A stretch of 64,000 nt of DNA from positions 5,716 to 69,715 of the forward strand of contig CACDWM010000004.1 in the NCBI GenBank assembly GCA_902556505.1. Reading direction: 5' to 3'. This stretch comes from an uncultured Pelagibacteraceae bacterium (GTDB taxonomy: Bacteria; Pseudomonadota; Alphaproteobacteria; Pelagibacterales; Pelagibacteraceae). The notes under the pieces are model-generated. The model did no database searches. It had not been told where the DNA came from and saw only the letters and a list, made by a program, of their open reading frames with translations. The translations under genes were made by a program, and so were the position numbers. Of this stretch, positions 18,712 to 28,425 are shown piece after piece; the first letter of the stretch is position 1, and the number at the start of each line of letters is the position of its first letter.

Positions 18712-20547
18712 TTAATCTAATTCAAATTCTTTTGTATAGTCTTTTTTAAGATTAGGATTTTGCTTTGATTTATCTAAAATACAATCACCAATTACTAAGT
18801 AGTCTAATTCTGTTCCCATAAAACAATTAAAAGCATCAGTTGGTGAACAAACTATTGGTTCTCCTCTTACATTAAATGAGGTGTTTACTATCACAGGACA
18901 TCCGGTCTTTTTTTTAAATTTTGAAATCAAATCATAATACCGAGAATTAGTATTTTTAGTTACTGTTTGAACTCTAGCTGTATAATCAACATGAGTTACA
19001 GCTGGTATCTGTGATCTTTTTATATTTAATTTATCTATACCAAATAATTTTTTTTGTTCATCTGTCATTAAAATTTTTCTTTCAGAATTTATGCTTGCAA
19101 CTAAGAGCATGTAGGGACTATCAACATCAATATCAAACCATTCTGAAACATTTTCTATCAATACTGAGGGTGCAAAAGGTCTAAAACTTTCTCTATACTT
19201 AACCTTTAAATTTAAATTTTTCTGCATTTTTTCGGATCGAGGATCACCTAAAATTGACCTACCTCCTAGCGCTCTTGGGCCAAATTCCATTCTACCTTGA
19301 AACCAGCCAATAGCTTTTTCATTTGTTAGAAGTTCTGCGGTTTGATCAATAATTTCATCAAATTCAAAGGTACTAAAAATAGCGCCAGCAGTTTTAAGTT
19401 CTTTTTCAATTTCTTCCTGAGTATATTCATTTCCTAAATAAGAACCTTGCATATCATCATTTAAATTTATCACTCTTTTATTATTTTGTTCTGTGTGCCA
19501 TAAAGCTAAAGCAGCACCAAGTGAGCCACCAGCATCACCAGCTGCTGGTTGTATCCACATATTGTCAAAAATTTTTTCTTTTAAGATTTTACCGTTAGCA
19601 ACACAATTCAAAGCTACACCTCCTGCTAAACACAAATTTTTAATTTTATATTCTTCCCGGATAGATCTTGCTAATTTAATCATAATTTCTTCAGTCACTT
19701 TTTGAATTGAGGCAGCTATGTCCATATGAAATTGAGTAATCTTATCTTTTTGTGCATCACGAGGTTTTTGACCAAATAATTTATTAAATTTGCTATTTGT
19801 CATGGTGAGTCCAGTAGCATAATTAAAATAAGATTGATCTAATCTAAAAGTTCCATCATCTTTAATGTCTATTAATTTTTTTATTTTCTCTTCATATATA
19901 GAATTTCCATAAGGAGCTAATCCCATTAATTTGTATTCACCGCTATTAACCTTAAATCCTGTGTAATAAGTAAATGCAGAATATAAAAGACCTAAAGAAT
20001 GAGGAAAATGTATTTCTTTTTTTATTTCTAATTTATTTTCTTTTCCAATCGCTACAGTTGTTGTAGCCCATTCACCAACTCCATCCGCTGTTAACACGAC
20101 TGCTTCATCAAAAGGAGATGGAAAAAAAGCACTAGCTGCGTGACTTAAATGATGGTCAGAAAAATAAATATTATGATCAGATTTATAGTTTTCATCATGT
20201 TCTTTTAATTTATTAAATAATAAATTTTTTTGAAAAAGCTTCTCTTTAATCCATAATGGCATTGCTTTAGCAAATGAAACAAAACCTTTTGGAGCAAATC
20301 CAACGTAGGTTTCCAATAATCTTTCAAATTTTAAAAAGGGTTTTTCAAAAAAAACAATTTGATCGACTTCGCTTAACTTTAAGTTTGCATATTTTAGTAC
20401 GAACTCAATTGCATTATGTGGATAACTTGGATCATGTTTTTTTCTTGTAAATCTTTCTTCTTGAGCAGCTGCAATTATTTTGCCATTCTTTAATATACAA
20501 GCAGCACTGTCATGATAAAAAGCTGAAATACCTAAAATTGATTTCAC
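18712..20547 (-). CDS. O-carbamoyltransferase (NodU/CmcH/SxtI family)
   Basis: FYHDSAA, EERFTRKKH, HHLSHAAS, DGVGE, GEYKLMGL, EFGPRALG, RESFRPFAP, NTSFN. Confidence 0.96.
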   Translation of the reverse strand: MKSILGISAFYHDSAACILKNGKIIAAAQEERFTRKKHDPSYPHNAIEFVLKYANLKLSEVDQIVFFEKPFLKFERLLETYVGFAPKGFVSFAKAMPLWIKEKLFQKNLLFNKLKEHDENYKSDHNIYFSDHHLSHAASAFFPSPFDEAVVLTADGVGEWATTTVAIGKENKLEIKKEIHFPHSLGLLYSAFTYYTGFKVNSGEYKLMGLAPYGNSIYEEKIKKLIDIKDDGTFRLDQSYFNYATGLTMTNSKFNKLFGQKPRDAQKDKITQFHMDIAASIQKVTEEIMIKLARSIREEYKIKNLCLAGGVALNCVANGKILKEKIFDNMWIQPAAGDAGGSLGAALALWHTEQNNKRVINLNDDMQGSYLGNEYTQEEIEKELKTAGAIFSTFEFDEIIDQTAELLTNEKAIGWFQGRMEFGPRALGGRSILGDPRSEKMQKNLNLKVKYRESFRPFAPSVLIENVSEWFDIDVDSPYMLLVASINSERKILMTDEQKKLFGIDKLNIKRSQIPAVTHVDYTARVQTVTKNTNSRYYDLISKFKKKTGCPVIVNTSFNVRGEPIVCSPTDAFNCFMGTELDYLVIGDCILDKSKQNPNLKKDYTKEFELD

Positions 20548-20697
20548 TTAAAATATTGTGTAAATAAATGGAGCTACAGCTGATCCTTGTGTTAGTACAA
20601 TTAGTCCACCAAAAATCACAAGAACAATTATAATCGGTAAAAGCCAATATTTTTTTCTAATTTTTAAAAACTCCCAAAATTCTTTTAAAAAACTCAT
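20548..20697 (-). CDS. DUF5989 / SxtK-like small membrane protein (49 aa, not in ORF track)
   Basis: MSFLKEFWEFLKIRKKYWLLPIIIVLVIFGGLIVLTQGSAVAPFIYTIF*; RKKYWLLP and SAVAPFIY signatures; tightly coupled to both neighbours. Confidence 0.93.
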   Translation of the reverse strand: MSFLKEFWEFLKIRKKYWLLPIIIVLVIFGGLIVLTQGSAVAPFIYTIF

Positions 20698-20698
20698 A

Positions 20699-21082
20699 TC
20701 AAAACTGATTTTTCATTTTACTTTTTGGGCCATTTTTTTTTACCCAATAAGACTTATTACCATTGAATTTTAAACTTAACACATCTTTTTTAAACAATCT
20801 CATTAAATATCCTATAGGAGTAACAACAAAAAAGAAAATAATTCCCATTATGATTGGCGAAATAATTTTTCCTAAAAAAATACCAAACTTAAACCACAAT
20901 TTATTTAAAGGAGATAATATTTTTGAGTTCAGCAAACCTAAAATTAGAAAAATAAAAGAAATTGCAAGTGACCAGACTCTTAAACTGTCACCTCCTAGCA
21001 TTGGATAAATTGAAATTATTAAAAAAACTATAAAAAATACAATCCCAAAACTCTTATTTGACCCAATTTTTACATCATTCAT
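20699..21082 (-). CDS. SxtJ-family membrane protein
   Basis: KSFG...PLNKLWFKFG..LG.I.SPIIMG..FF.V.TP.G...SYW...MKNQF. Confidence 0.9.
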   Translation of the reverse strand: MNDVKIGSNKSFGIVFFIVFLIISIYPMLGGDSLRVWSLAISFIFLILGLLNSKILSPLNKLWFKFGIFLGKIISPIIMGIIFFFVVTPIGYLMRLFKKDVLSLKFNGNKSYWVKKNGPKSKMKNQF

Positions 21083-21123
21083 ATTTTAAAAATAACATTA
21101 GTTAAATTTAAAATTTTTTCAAA

Positions 21124-22293
21124 TTAATTTAGGTCTATTTTCTCTAAAATTTCCTTTGCAACTTTTGTATTTCCTCTTTTATTCCAATGAATATCATTGA
21201 TAAAAAATAAGTTTTTATAAGCTTCATAAGCATTTTCATATTCATCATACATATTTCTAATAAATTCAATATTAACATTTTTAGTTTTTAAATTTTCCAG
21301 TCCAGTTATTAAGTAATCAAAATATATTTTATTTGGTTTCCTTAATAATATTACTGGTTCGTATAAATAAAAAATATTTAGATTTATATTTTTTTCTGAT
21401 GTTAATTTTATAATTTGTTTAAGATTATTTAATGACTTTTCTATAGCGTTTTTTCCCCAATCTTCAAATTCCTTTGACGAATACAAATAAGCATAATCTT
21501 TATGATCTAAGAAAGTCATTTGATTAATTTCATCATTTGTAATTAAAAATAAATTTTCTTCCTTCTCATTATAATTTGTTTTTATTTTTTTTTCAGAGAA
21601 AATAGATTTTATCAAACTTGGTATCACTTTTGGTGGAGTAATTCTTGTTATCAACTGATAAGTTAAAGTATTAGATTTTAAAAAATTTATAATTTTAATT
21701 ATATATTTATTTTTTTGATCAACATGATTTAATATATAATCATCGTTTAAATCTAAGTACTTGTAATAGTCATCAAAAATATCTCCTCCAGAAATCATCA
21801 CAACAACATCTGTAATAGGTAATTTTTTTCTTTCCAACAAATGATACAATTTAGACAAATAAATACTTGTTGAATATGATTGAACTCCTGCATTTAAAAC
21901 TTCAATATCATTATTTTTACTTTTCAAATTACTTTCAATCAAACCTACATATGTATCTTCATATTTAATTCCAACACCTTCAGTAAATGAATCTCCGATA
22001 AATAAGATATTTTTATTTTTAAATTTTACTTCTCGATTTGAGCTATCCTTAAACCCCAAATTATTAGTATAAATTCTATATCTCTCATAGCCCCAATGAT
22101 CATAAAATGATGCCATTGGTCTTAAGTCATGATGATAATAAAAAGATTTTATTCTATGTGCTCTATTATTATATAGTTTTGATTTTATATCAGTTGGAAT
22201 GATAGTAAAAAAAACTATATCAAATAATAATAATACCAATAAAAAAATTAAAGCCTTCTTAAAAAAATTGAAGATTATTTTTAAAAAATTCAA
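21124..22293 (-). CDS. Membrane-anchored SGNH/GDSL hydrolase-like protein
   Basis: N-terminal TM, TNNLGFKD, GDSFTEG, NAGVQSY, DIHWN; block III reads GGD instead of GxND. Confidence 0.88.
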   Translation of the reverse strand: MNFLKIIFNFFKKALIFLLVLLLFDIVFFTIIPTDIKSKLYNNRAHRIKSFYYHHDLRPMASFYDHWGYERYRIYTNNLGFKDSSNREVKFKNKNILFIGDSFTEGVGIKYEDTYVGLIESNLKSKNNDIEVLNAGVQSYSTSIYLSKLYHLLERKKLPITDVVVMISGGDIFDDYYKYLDLNDDYILNHVDQKNKYIIKIINFLKSNTLTYQLITRITPPKVIPSLIKSIFSEKKIKTNYNEKEENLFLITNDEINQMTFLDHKDYAYLYSSKEFEDWGKNAIEKSLNNLKQIIKLTSEKNINLNIFYLYEPVILLRKPNKIYFDYLITGLENLKTKNVNIEFIRNMYDEYENAYEAYKNLFFINDIHWNKRGNTKVAKEILEKIDLN

Positions 22294-22313
22294 TAATTAA
22301 ATCCTTAGAGTTA

Positions 22314-24095
22314 TTACACCATGGATTTTTGTGGTTTCATATCTTCTTTTTTTATTCCAGCCACTCTAACTGGTTTCTTCATTGCATCTCTTCTAAATGG
22401 TTCACCAAGTTCTTGGTTCAAAATTACTTCTATAAATGTTGTAATTCCTTTCTTTTGATCTTCACATGATTGCTTGATAGCATTTGTTGTCTCCTCCATT
22501 GTTCTAACAGTTACACCTTTTAAGCCACATGCGTCAGCAACTTTAGCGTAACTCAATTCAGGATCTAGCTCAGTTCCAACAAAATTATTATCAAACCAAA
22601 GTGTTGTATTTCTTTTTTCCGCACCCCATTGATAATTTCTGAAAATAACCATTGTTATTGCAGGCCACTCTTCTCTTGCGCATGAGCTCATTTCATTCAT
22701 GCTTATCCCAAAAGCTCCGTCTCCTGCAAAACCAATTACCGGAATATCTGGACAACCAATCTTTGCACCCAGTATAGATGGAAATCCATAACCACAAGGA
22801 CCAAATAAACCTGGCGCTAAATATTTTCTTGGCTTTTCGAACGTAGGGTAAGCATTACCTATCGCACAGTTATTACCAATATCACTTGATATAATTACAT
22901 CATCAGGCATTCCTGCTTGAATTGCTCTCCAAGCTTGTCTTGGTGACATTCTATCTGCGTCCCTTTCTCTAGCTTCTTTGTTCCAAACTGTTCCTTCATC
23001 ATCATCTTCATGATCTAAACTTGATAGTTTTTGGAGCCAAGCTGATTTAGTTTGATGAATTAAATCTTTTCTAGCTTGTCTGTCAGTGTTACCAGCGTTT
23101 GAAGATAATTTTTCTAAAATTTGTTCAGCAACTAATTTTGCATCACCGCTTATTCCTACAGTAACTTTTTTAGTCAAACCTATTCTGTCAGGATTAATAT
23201 CAACTTGAATAATGTTTGCATTCTTTGGCCAATAATCAATTCCATAACCAGGTAAAGTCGAAAATGGATTTAATCTAGTTCCCAAAGCTAACACTACGTC
23301 AGCTTTTGAAATTAATTCCATTGCAGCTTTTGATCCATTATATCCTAAAGGACCAACTGCTAAAGGATGGCTCCCTGGGAAACTGTCATTATGTTGGTAA
23401 CCTGAACAAACAGGTGAATCTAATTTTTCTGCAAGTTTTTTTGTAGCTTCTATAGCTCCCCCAATAACGACACCTGCTCCTGATAAAATTACTGGAAACT
23501 TTGCTTTAGATAGTAAATCAGCTGCTTTAGCTACAGCATCATTTCCTCCCCCTTGTCTTTCAAGTCTTACAATTGGAGGAAGATCGATATCAATTACTTG
23601 ACACCAATAATCTCTTGGAACATTAATTTGTGCTGGCGCTGATCCTCTTATAGCTTTTTCTATAACTCTATTTAGTACTTCAGCCATTCTTGATGGGTCT
23701 CTTACTTCTTCTTGATAACAAACCATGTCTTTGAATAAATTCATTTGCTCTACTTCTTGAAATCCACCTTGCCCCATTGTTTTGTTTGCTGCTTGCGGTG
23801 TAACTAATAAAAGAGGAGTATGATTCCAATAAGCTGTTTTGATTGGTGTAACTAATCCAGTAATTCCAGGTCCATTCTGAGCAATAACCATTGACATTTT
23901 ACCAGTAGCTCGTGTGTAACCATCAGCAATTAAACCACCATTTGTTTCATGGGCAACATCCCAGAAAGTAATACCTGCATCTGGAAAAATATCTGAAATT
24001 GGCATAAAGGCTGAACCGATAATTCCAAACGCATGTTCAATACCGTGCATTTGTAAAACTTTTACAAAAGCTTCTTCTGTTGTCATTTTTGTCAT
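22314..24095 (-). CDS. xsc: Sulfoacetaldehyde acetyltransferase
   Basis: MTTEEAFVKVL..HGIEHAFGIIGSA, GDGAFG ThDP motif, NYQWGAEKRN, LGEPFRRDAM. Confidence 0.97.
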   Translation of the reverse strand: MTKMTTEEAFVKVLQMHGIEHAFGIIGSAFMPISDIFPDAGITFWDVAHETNGGLIADGYTRATGKMSMVIAQNGPGITGLVTPIKTAYWNHTPLLLVTPQAANKTMGQGGFQEVEQMNLFKDMVCYQEEVRDPSRMAEVLNRVIEKAIRGSAPAQINVPRDYWCQVIDIDLPPIVRLERQGGGNDAVAKAADLLSKAKFPVILSGAGVVIGGAIEATKKLAEKLDSPVCSGYQHNDSFPGSHPLAVGPLGYNGSKAAMELISKADVVLALGTRLNPFSTLPGYGIDYWPKNANIIQVDINPDRIGLTKKVTVGISGDAKLVAEQILEKLSSNAGNTDRQARKDLIHQTKSAWLQKLSSLDHEDDDEGTVWNKEARERDADRMSPRQAWRAIQAGMPDDVIISSDIGNNCAIGNAYPTFEKPRKYLAPGLFGPCGYGFPSILGAKIGCPDIPVIGFAGDGAFGISMNEMSSCAREEWPAITMVIFRNYQWGAEKRNTTLWFDNNFVGTELDPELSYAKVADACGLKGVTVRTMEETTNAIKQSCEDQKKGITTFIEVILNQELGEPFRRDAMKKPVRVAGIKKEDMKPQKSMV

Positions 24096-24205
24096 AAAAC
24101 TAGAACCTCTCTAAAGTGTAATATACTATTTATAAAATTCGTTTGTTAATTTGTGCGATTAATATATAAGTTTTTACGAATTTCAAACAAACAAATCGAC
24201 ACGAT

Positions 24206-24490
24206 ATGGCAACAGATATAATCATACATGATAAAAAAGACAACGTAGGAGTAGTTGTTATTGAAAAAATCACTCCTAAACAAGACTGTGCTTGCTGGAT
24301 AATGGAAGACGACAGTTCAACAAATATTCAATCCGTAGATGAAATACCTTTGGGTCATAAAATTGCGATGGTTGACCTTAAAGAGGGCGATACTATTTTA
24401 AAGTATGGTCACGATATTGGTAAAGTTGTTAAATCAATCAAAAAAGGTGAGCATGTACATGTTCACAATGTAAAAACAAAGAAGTGGTAA
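24206..24490 (+). CDS. suyA: (2R)-sulfolactate sulfo-lyase small (SAF) subunit
   Basis: [23 protein letters not shown]; upstream of suyB in a sulfonate context. Confidence 0.9.
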   Translation: MATDIIIHDKKDNVGVVVIEKITPKQDCACWIMEDDSSTNIQSVDEIPLGHKIAMVDLKEGDTILKYGHDIGKVVKSIKKGEHVHVHNVKTKKW

Positions 24491-24494
24491 TAGT

Positions 24495-25661
24495 ATGGAA
24501 ATCCCAAAGAGCTTTTTAGGTTATAAAAGAGAAAACGGCAGAGCCGGAACCAGGAATCATGTGATTATTTTGCCAGTTGATGACATTTCTAACGCATGTG
24601 CAGAGGCAGTTGCAAATAACATTAAAGGTACAATTGCTCTTCCTCATTCTTACGGAAGACTTCAGTTTGGTGCAGATTTAGAGCTTCATTTTAGAACAAT
24701 GATAGGAACTGGATGTAATCCAAACGTTGCAGCTGTAATTGTCATCGGTATTGAACCGAAATGGACAAAAAAAATTGTAGATGGAATTGCTAAAACTGGA
24801 AAACCTGTTGAAGGATTTCATATTGAGCGTACAGGTGACATTGGTACGACAATGAAAGCATCAAAAAAAGCACAAGAATTTGTGATGTGGGCTTCAGAAA
24901 AACAAAGAGAAGAATGTCCTTTAAGTGATTTATGGATCTCAGTTAAGTGTGGAGAGTCTGACACTACTTCAGGACTAGCTGCAAACCCAACTGTTGGAAA
25001 CTTAATGGACAAACTTGAACCATTAGGTGTTCATTTATGTTTTGGTGAAACATCTGAATTAACTGGTGCAGAACAAGTTTGTGCAACTAGAGGGGCTACT
25101 AAAGAAGCTTCTGAAAAATTTATGAAAACTTGGAATTCCTATAATGATTTTATTTTAAAAGAAGCAACGGATGATCTTTCTGAAAGTCAACCAACAGCTG
25201 GGAACATAGCTGGAGGACTTACAACAATTGAAGAAAAAGCTTTTGGTAATTTTCAAAAAATTGGAAATTGTAAATTTATTGATGTTCTTGAACCAGCTGA
25301 AGAACCAACTAAAGGAAAAGGTTTATATTTTATGGACACATCATCTGCTGCTGCAGAATGTGTGACGCTTCAAGCTGCTGCTGGTTTTAATATTCATTTA
25401 TTTCCAACTGGACAAGGTAATATCGTTGGAAATCCAATTGAACCTGTTGTTAAATTAACAGCTAATCCATTAACTGTAAAAGGTATGGGAGAGCATATTG
25501 ATTGTGATGTTTCAAAAATTCTTTCAAGAGAAATGAATTTATCTGAAGCAGGTGATGAATTAATTAAAACGACACTTAGAGTAGCAAACGGTAGATTAAC
25601 TTGCGCTGAAGCTTTAGGTCATAGAGAATTTGTTATGACTAAACTTTATAGAAGTGCTTAA
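24495..25661 (+). CDS. suyB: (2R)-sulfolactate sulfo-lyase large subunit (UxaA family)
   Basis: [44 protein letters not shown] terminus. Confidence 0.92.
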   Translation: MEIPKSFLGYKRENGRAGTRNHVIILPVDDISNACAEAVANNIKGTIALPHSYGRLQFGADLELHFRTMIGTGCNPNVAAVIVIGIEPKWTKKIVDGIAKTGKPVEGFHIERTGDIGTTMKASKKAQEFVMWASEKQREECPLSDLWISVKCGESDTTSGLAANPTVGNLMDKLEPLGVHLCFGETSELTGAEQVCATRGATKEASEKFMKTWNSYNDFILKEATDDLSESQPTAGNIAGGLTTIEEKAFGNFQKIGNCKFIDVLEPAEEPTKGKGLYFMDTSSAAAECVTLQAAAGFNIHLFPTGQGNIVGNPIEPVVKLTANPLTVKGMGEHIDCDVSKILSREMNLSEAGDELIKTTLRVANGRLTCAEALGHREFVMTKLYRSA

Positions 25662-25677
25662 TTAACTTTAGTCTTTC

Positions 25678-26745
25678 ATGAATTTTAAAAAATACCTGGT
25701 TGTATTACCAGGTATTATACTGGCATTTGTTCTTTACACTTTATCTCAAGGTTTCAATAATATTCTTGGTATTGAGCTGTTAGGCTATGAAAAAAGCCCA
25801 ATATCTACTGCAATGATTGCTATTTTATTAGGGATGTTTTTTGGAAATGTTTTTCAAATAAGAGAAAGTTTTTTAAGAGGACTGGATTTTACACAAAAAT
25901 ATATTCTAAAACTAGGTATTATTTGTTTAGGTATTCAATTGAAGCCATTTGAATTTTTAGAATTCGGAACAATAGCAATTCCATTAATCATAATCTGTAT
26001 AATCAGTGTGTTAATTGTAATCAAGCTTTTAATTAAAAAGTTCAAAATTCCAACAAGAATGGCTTACTTAATATCAATAGGCAGTACTGTTTGTGGTACT
26101 ACGGCAATTATGGCCACTGCTCCTGTTATTGGTGCAAAAAAAAACGAGGTGTCGTATGCAATTGCTAATATTACATTGTTTGGAATACTTTCAATGCTTA
26201 TTTATCCTTATTTCGCAAACTTTTATTTTGAAAGTGAGCCTTTACTAATTGGATTGTTTTTAGGAACATCTATCCATGAAACCTCCCAAGTTGCAGCCGC
26301 AGGATTAATTTATGACCAGCAGTTTAGTAGTCCTGAAACTTTAAATATCGCAACAGTAACGAAATTAATAAGGAATACTTTTTTGATTATCATGATCCCT
26401 TTATTTGCATTTCTTTATAATCGAGGAAAAACTACAGAAAAGAAGTACTCAATAATAGATATTTTTCCTTACTTTGTATTAGGTTTTGTAGCCATGATAA
26501 TAATTAGAAATTTAGGTGATCTAATGTACTTAAATAATTACAAATGGTTAGTTACAATTGAGGGTATTCAATTGTCCTCAAAAATATTTTTAACAATGGC
26601 GATGGCAGCAATTGGTCTTTCCACTAACTTAAAAGAAATTAAAAATATGGGTTACAAACCTTTTGTTGTTGGTTTTATAAGTATGGCAACTGTTGGTTTA
26701 GTTTGTATTACAACTATCGAATTATATCTAAATTATTTTAATTAA
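25678..26745 (+). CDS. YeiH/TauZ/SuyZ-type putative sulfate exporter
   Basis: GSTVCGTTAI, GTSIHETSQV, TKLIRN, AMAAIGL; directly after suyAB. Confidence 0.9.
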   Translation: MNFKKYLVVLPGIILAFVLYTLSQGFNNILGIELLGYEKSPISTAMIAILLGMFFGNVFQIRESFLRGLDFTQKYILKLGIICLGIQLKPFEFLEFGTIAIPLIIICIISVLIVIKLLIKKFKIPTRMAYLISIGSTVCGTTAIMATAPVIGAKKNEVSYAIANITLFGILSMLIYPYFANFYFESEPLLIGLFLGTSIHETSQVAAAGLIYDQQFSSPETLNIATVTKLIRNTFLIIMIPLFAFLYNRGKTTEKKYSIIDIFPYFVLGFVAMIIIRNLGDLMYLNNYKWLVTIEGIQLSSKIFLTMAMAAIGLSTNLKEIKNMGYKPFVVGFISMATVGLVCITTIELYLNYFN

Positions 26746-26747
26746 GA

Positions 26748-27821
26748 TTAAACTAATAATTTTTTTCTAAAATTTGAAATAAATCGTCTTATAAAAGCAG
26801 CTCCAACACCTAAAATAATTGCAAACATAATTGTAAATAGTCCATAAAAGAAAGGCATCTCTTTAGAAAAATCAATTATAAATTCAGAAAAGAAGTTTAA
26901 ATCTGAACTAGTGGCTTTAGCAGTTCCATTTATAATTTTTTCCGCAAAAAATGTATCGTATGCTATTGCTATACCCACTATCAGTAGTAAAATTGCTAAT
27001 AAAGCTCTCAAACCAGAACTATCGATTCTTTCTCCTAATTTTTGCCCAACTTGAACTCCTATTATAGATCCTACAACCAACATAAGAACTAGAAATAAAT
27101 CTATAGATCCATAATTAAATGAATGAAGAAAAGTAACAACAACACTTACAAAAATTGTTACAAATAAAGATGTACCAGGAACTAATTTGGTAGGCATTTT
27201 AATTATATAAATCATTGCAGGTACTAAAATAAAAGCACCTCCTATTCCCATAATGGCTGCAATAAATCCAACTAATAGACCGATTAAAATTGGTGTAAAA
27301 ATACTCTCATATAATTTTGACTTTGGAAATCTCATTCTTAATGGAAGACCATGTATCCAATAATGAACATGTAATTTTTTTTTAACTACAACGTTTCTTT
27401 TTGCTTTATCTATTTCACCTAAACTTTCAACCAACATCAAAGTTCCAATTATTGCTAATATATACATATATGCCAGAGAGATAACTGTATCAATTTTCCC
27501 AATACCTTTAAAATAAGTAAAAGTGTAAATTCCTAAAGAAGTTCCAACTACACCTCCAATCACGATCATTGAACCCATTTTATAATCTAAAGTATTTTTT
27601 AAATAATGCGTGGTAGATCCAGAAACTGAGGTAGCTAAAATATTATTTGCTTCATTAGCAACTGCGTATGCAGGAGGTATTCCTAAAAAAATTAGAAAAG
27701 GTGTCATCAAAAACCCACCACCAACACCAAATAAACCTGAAAGCACTCCAACAATTGCACTTAATAAAAGTATCTCGATAGGGTTAACAAAAACTTGAGC
27801 TATCGGTAAAAATACTTCCAT
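26748..27821 (-). CDS. TauE/SafE (TSUP) family exporter
   Basis: Duplicated GLFGVGGGFLMTP / IMGIGGAFILVP motifs; VFLPIA start typical of the alphaproteobacterial subfamily. Confidence 0.92.
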   Translation of the reverse strand: MEVFLPIAQVFVNPIEILLLSAIVGVLSGLFGVGGGFLMTPFLIFLGIPPAYAVANEANNILATSVSGSTTHYLKNTLDYKMGSMIVIGGVVGTSLGIYTFTYFKGIGKIDTVISLAYMYILAIIGTLMLVESLGEIDKAKRNVVVKKKLHVHYWIHGLPLRMRFPKSKLYESIFTPILIGLLVGFIAAIMGIGGAFILVPAMIYIIKMPTKLVPGTSLFVTIFVSVVVTFLHSFNYGSIDLFLVLMLVVGSIIGVQVGQKLGERIDSSGLRALLAILLLIVGIAIAYDTFFAEKIINGTAKATSSDLNFFSEFIIDFSKEMPFFYGLFTIMFAIILGVGAAFIRRFISNFRKKLLV

Positions 27822-27850
27822 AAAAAATTTTAAAGTTGTTAAAAAACAAC

Positions 27851-27985
27851 TTAGTTAAAAGTAATAAAAGTTCCAACTAAAATCACTCCCCAGTAAGCTG
27901 TTAAGCTCGCTATAATTCCTGCTTTAATAAATGTAGTTTTAAAATTTGAGAGTTTGTTTATAATTTTTACGTTAGAAAGTAACAT
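27851..27985 (-). CDS. Small single-TM protein (44 aa, not in ORF track)
   Basis: MLLSNVKIINKLSNFKTTFIKAGIIASLTAYWGVILVGTFITFN*; GACGGA upstream; co-directional with neighbours. Confidence 0.55.
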   Translation of the reverse strand: MLLSNVKIINKLSNFKTTFIKAGIIASLTAYWGVILVGTFITFN

Positions 27986-28053
27986 TAAATCCGTCAATAC
28001 ACCCACATCGAAATTTGTCAAACAATTATTTAAAGCTAAGCAATTTTTTTTGT

Positions 28054-28404
28054 CTAATAGATGGTAGCCCCAAAAACCTTAACCGCGTCGTCTTCAACAC
28101 CTAAGACTAACCTCCCAAGAAACTCTCCTGGGATCTCTTTGTTTGTTTGCTTGATCAGAACAGTTATGTGATCACCTCTTCTAAGGCAACCAAAGGGTTC
28201 AAAAGTCTCTTTAAGATTAGTGATTAACTTATTATTAGCCCACTGTTTTCCAAGCTCTACTTCGTTAGCGCCAAAAAGCATTTGAGTAGAGAAATCTCTA
28301 GTAAACCCACCATAATCTTTAAGATTAGATGATTTAACTAAATTATACCAAATAGGTTTGGCTAACTCATATATTTCATCATCTGATTTAGATAAAATAT
28401 CCAT
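28054..28404 (-). CDS. Hypothetical protein immediately downstream of aprA
   Basis: 116-aa ORF 21 nt after aprA stop; soluble alpha+beta composition. Confidence 0.8.
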   Translation of the reverse strand: MDILSKSDDEIYELAKPIWYNLVKSSNLKDYGGFTRDFSTQMLFGANEVELGKQWANNKLITNLKETFEPFGCLRRGDHITVLIKQTNKEIPGEFLGRLVLGVEDDAVKVFGATIY

Positions 28405-28425
28405 GTGATTTAATTAAATTATCTA

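Noticed and set aside
18712-22293. Saxitoxin biosynthesis
   Set aside because: Only sxtI/J/K/L-like genes; core genes such as sxtA and sxtG are not in the window.
24135-24183. 8-bp inverted repeat AAATTCGT...ACGAATTT between xsc and suyA
   Set aside because: Short, AT-rich, 33-nt spacer; plausible by chance and no regulator nearby.
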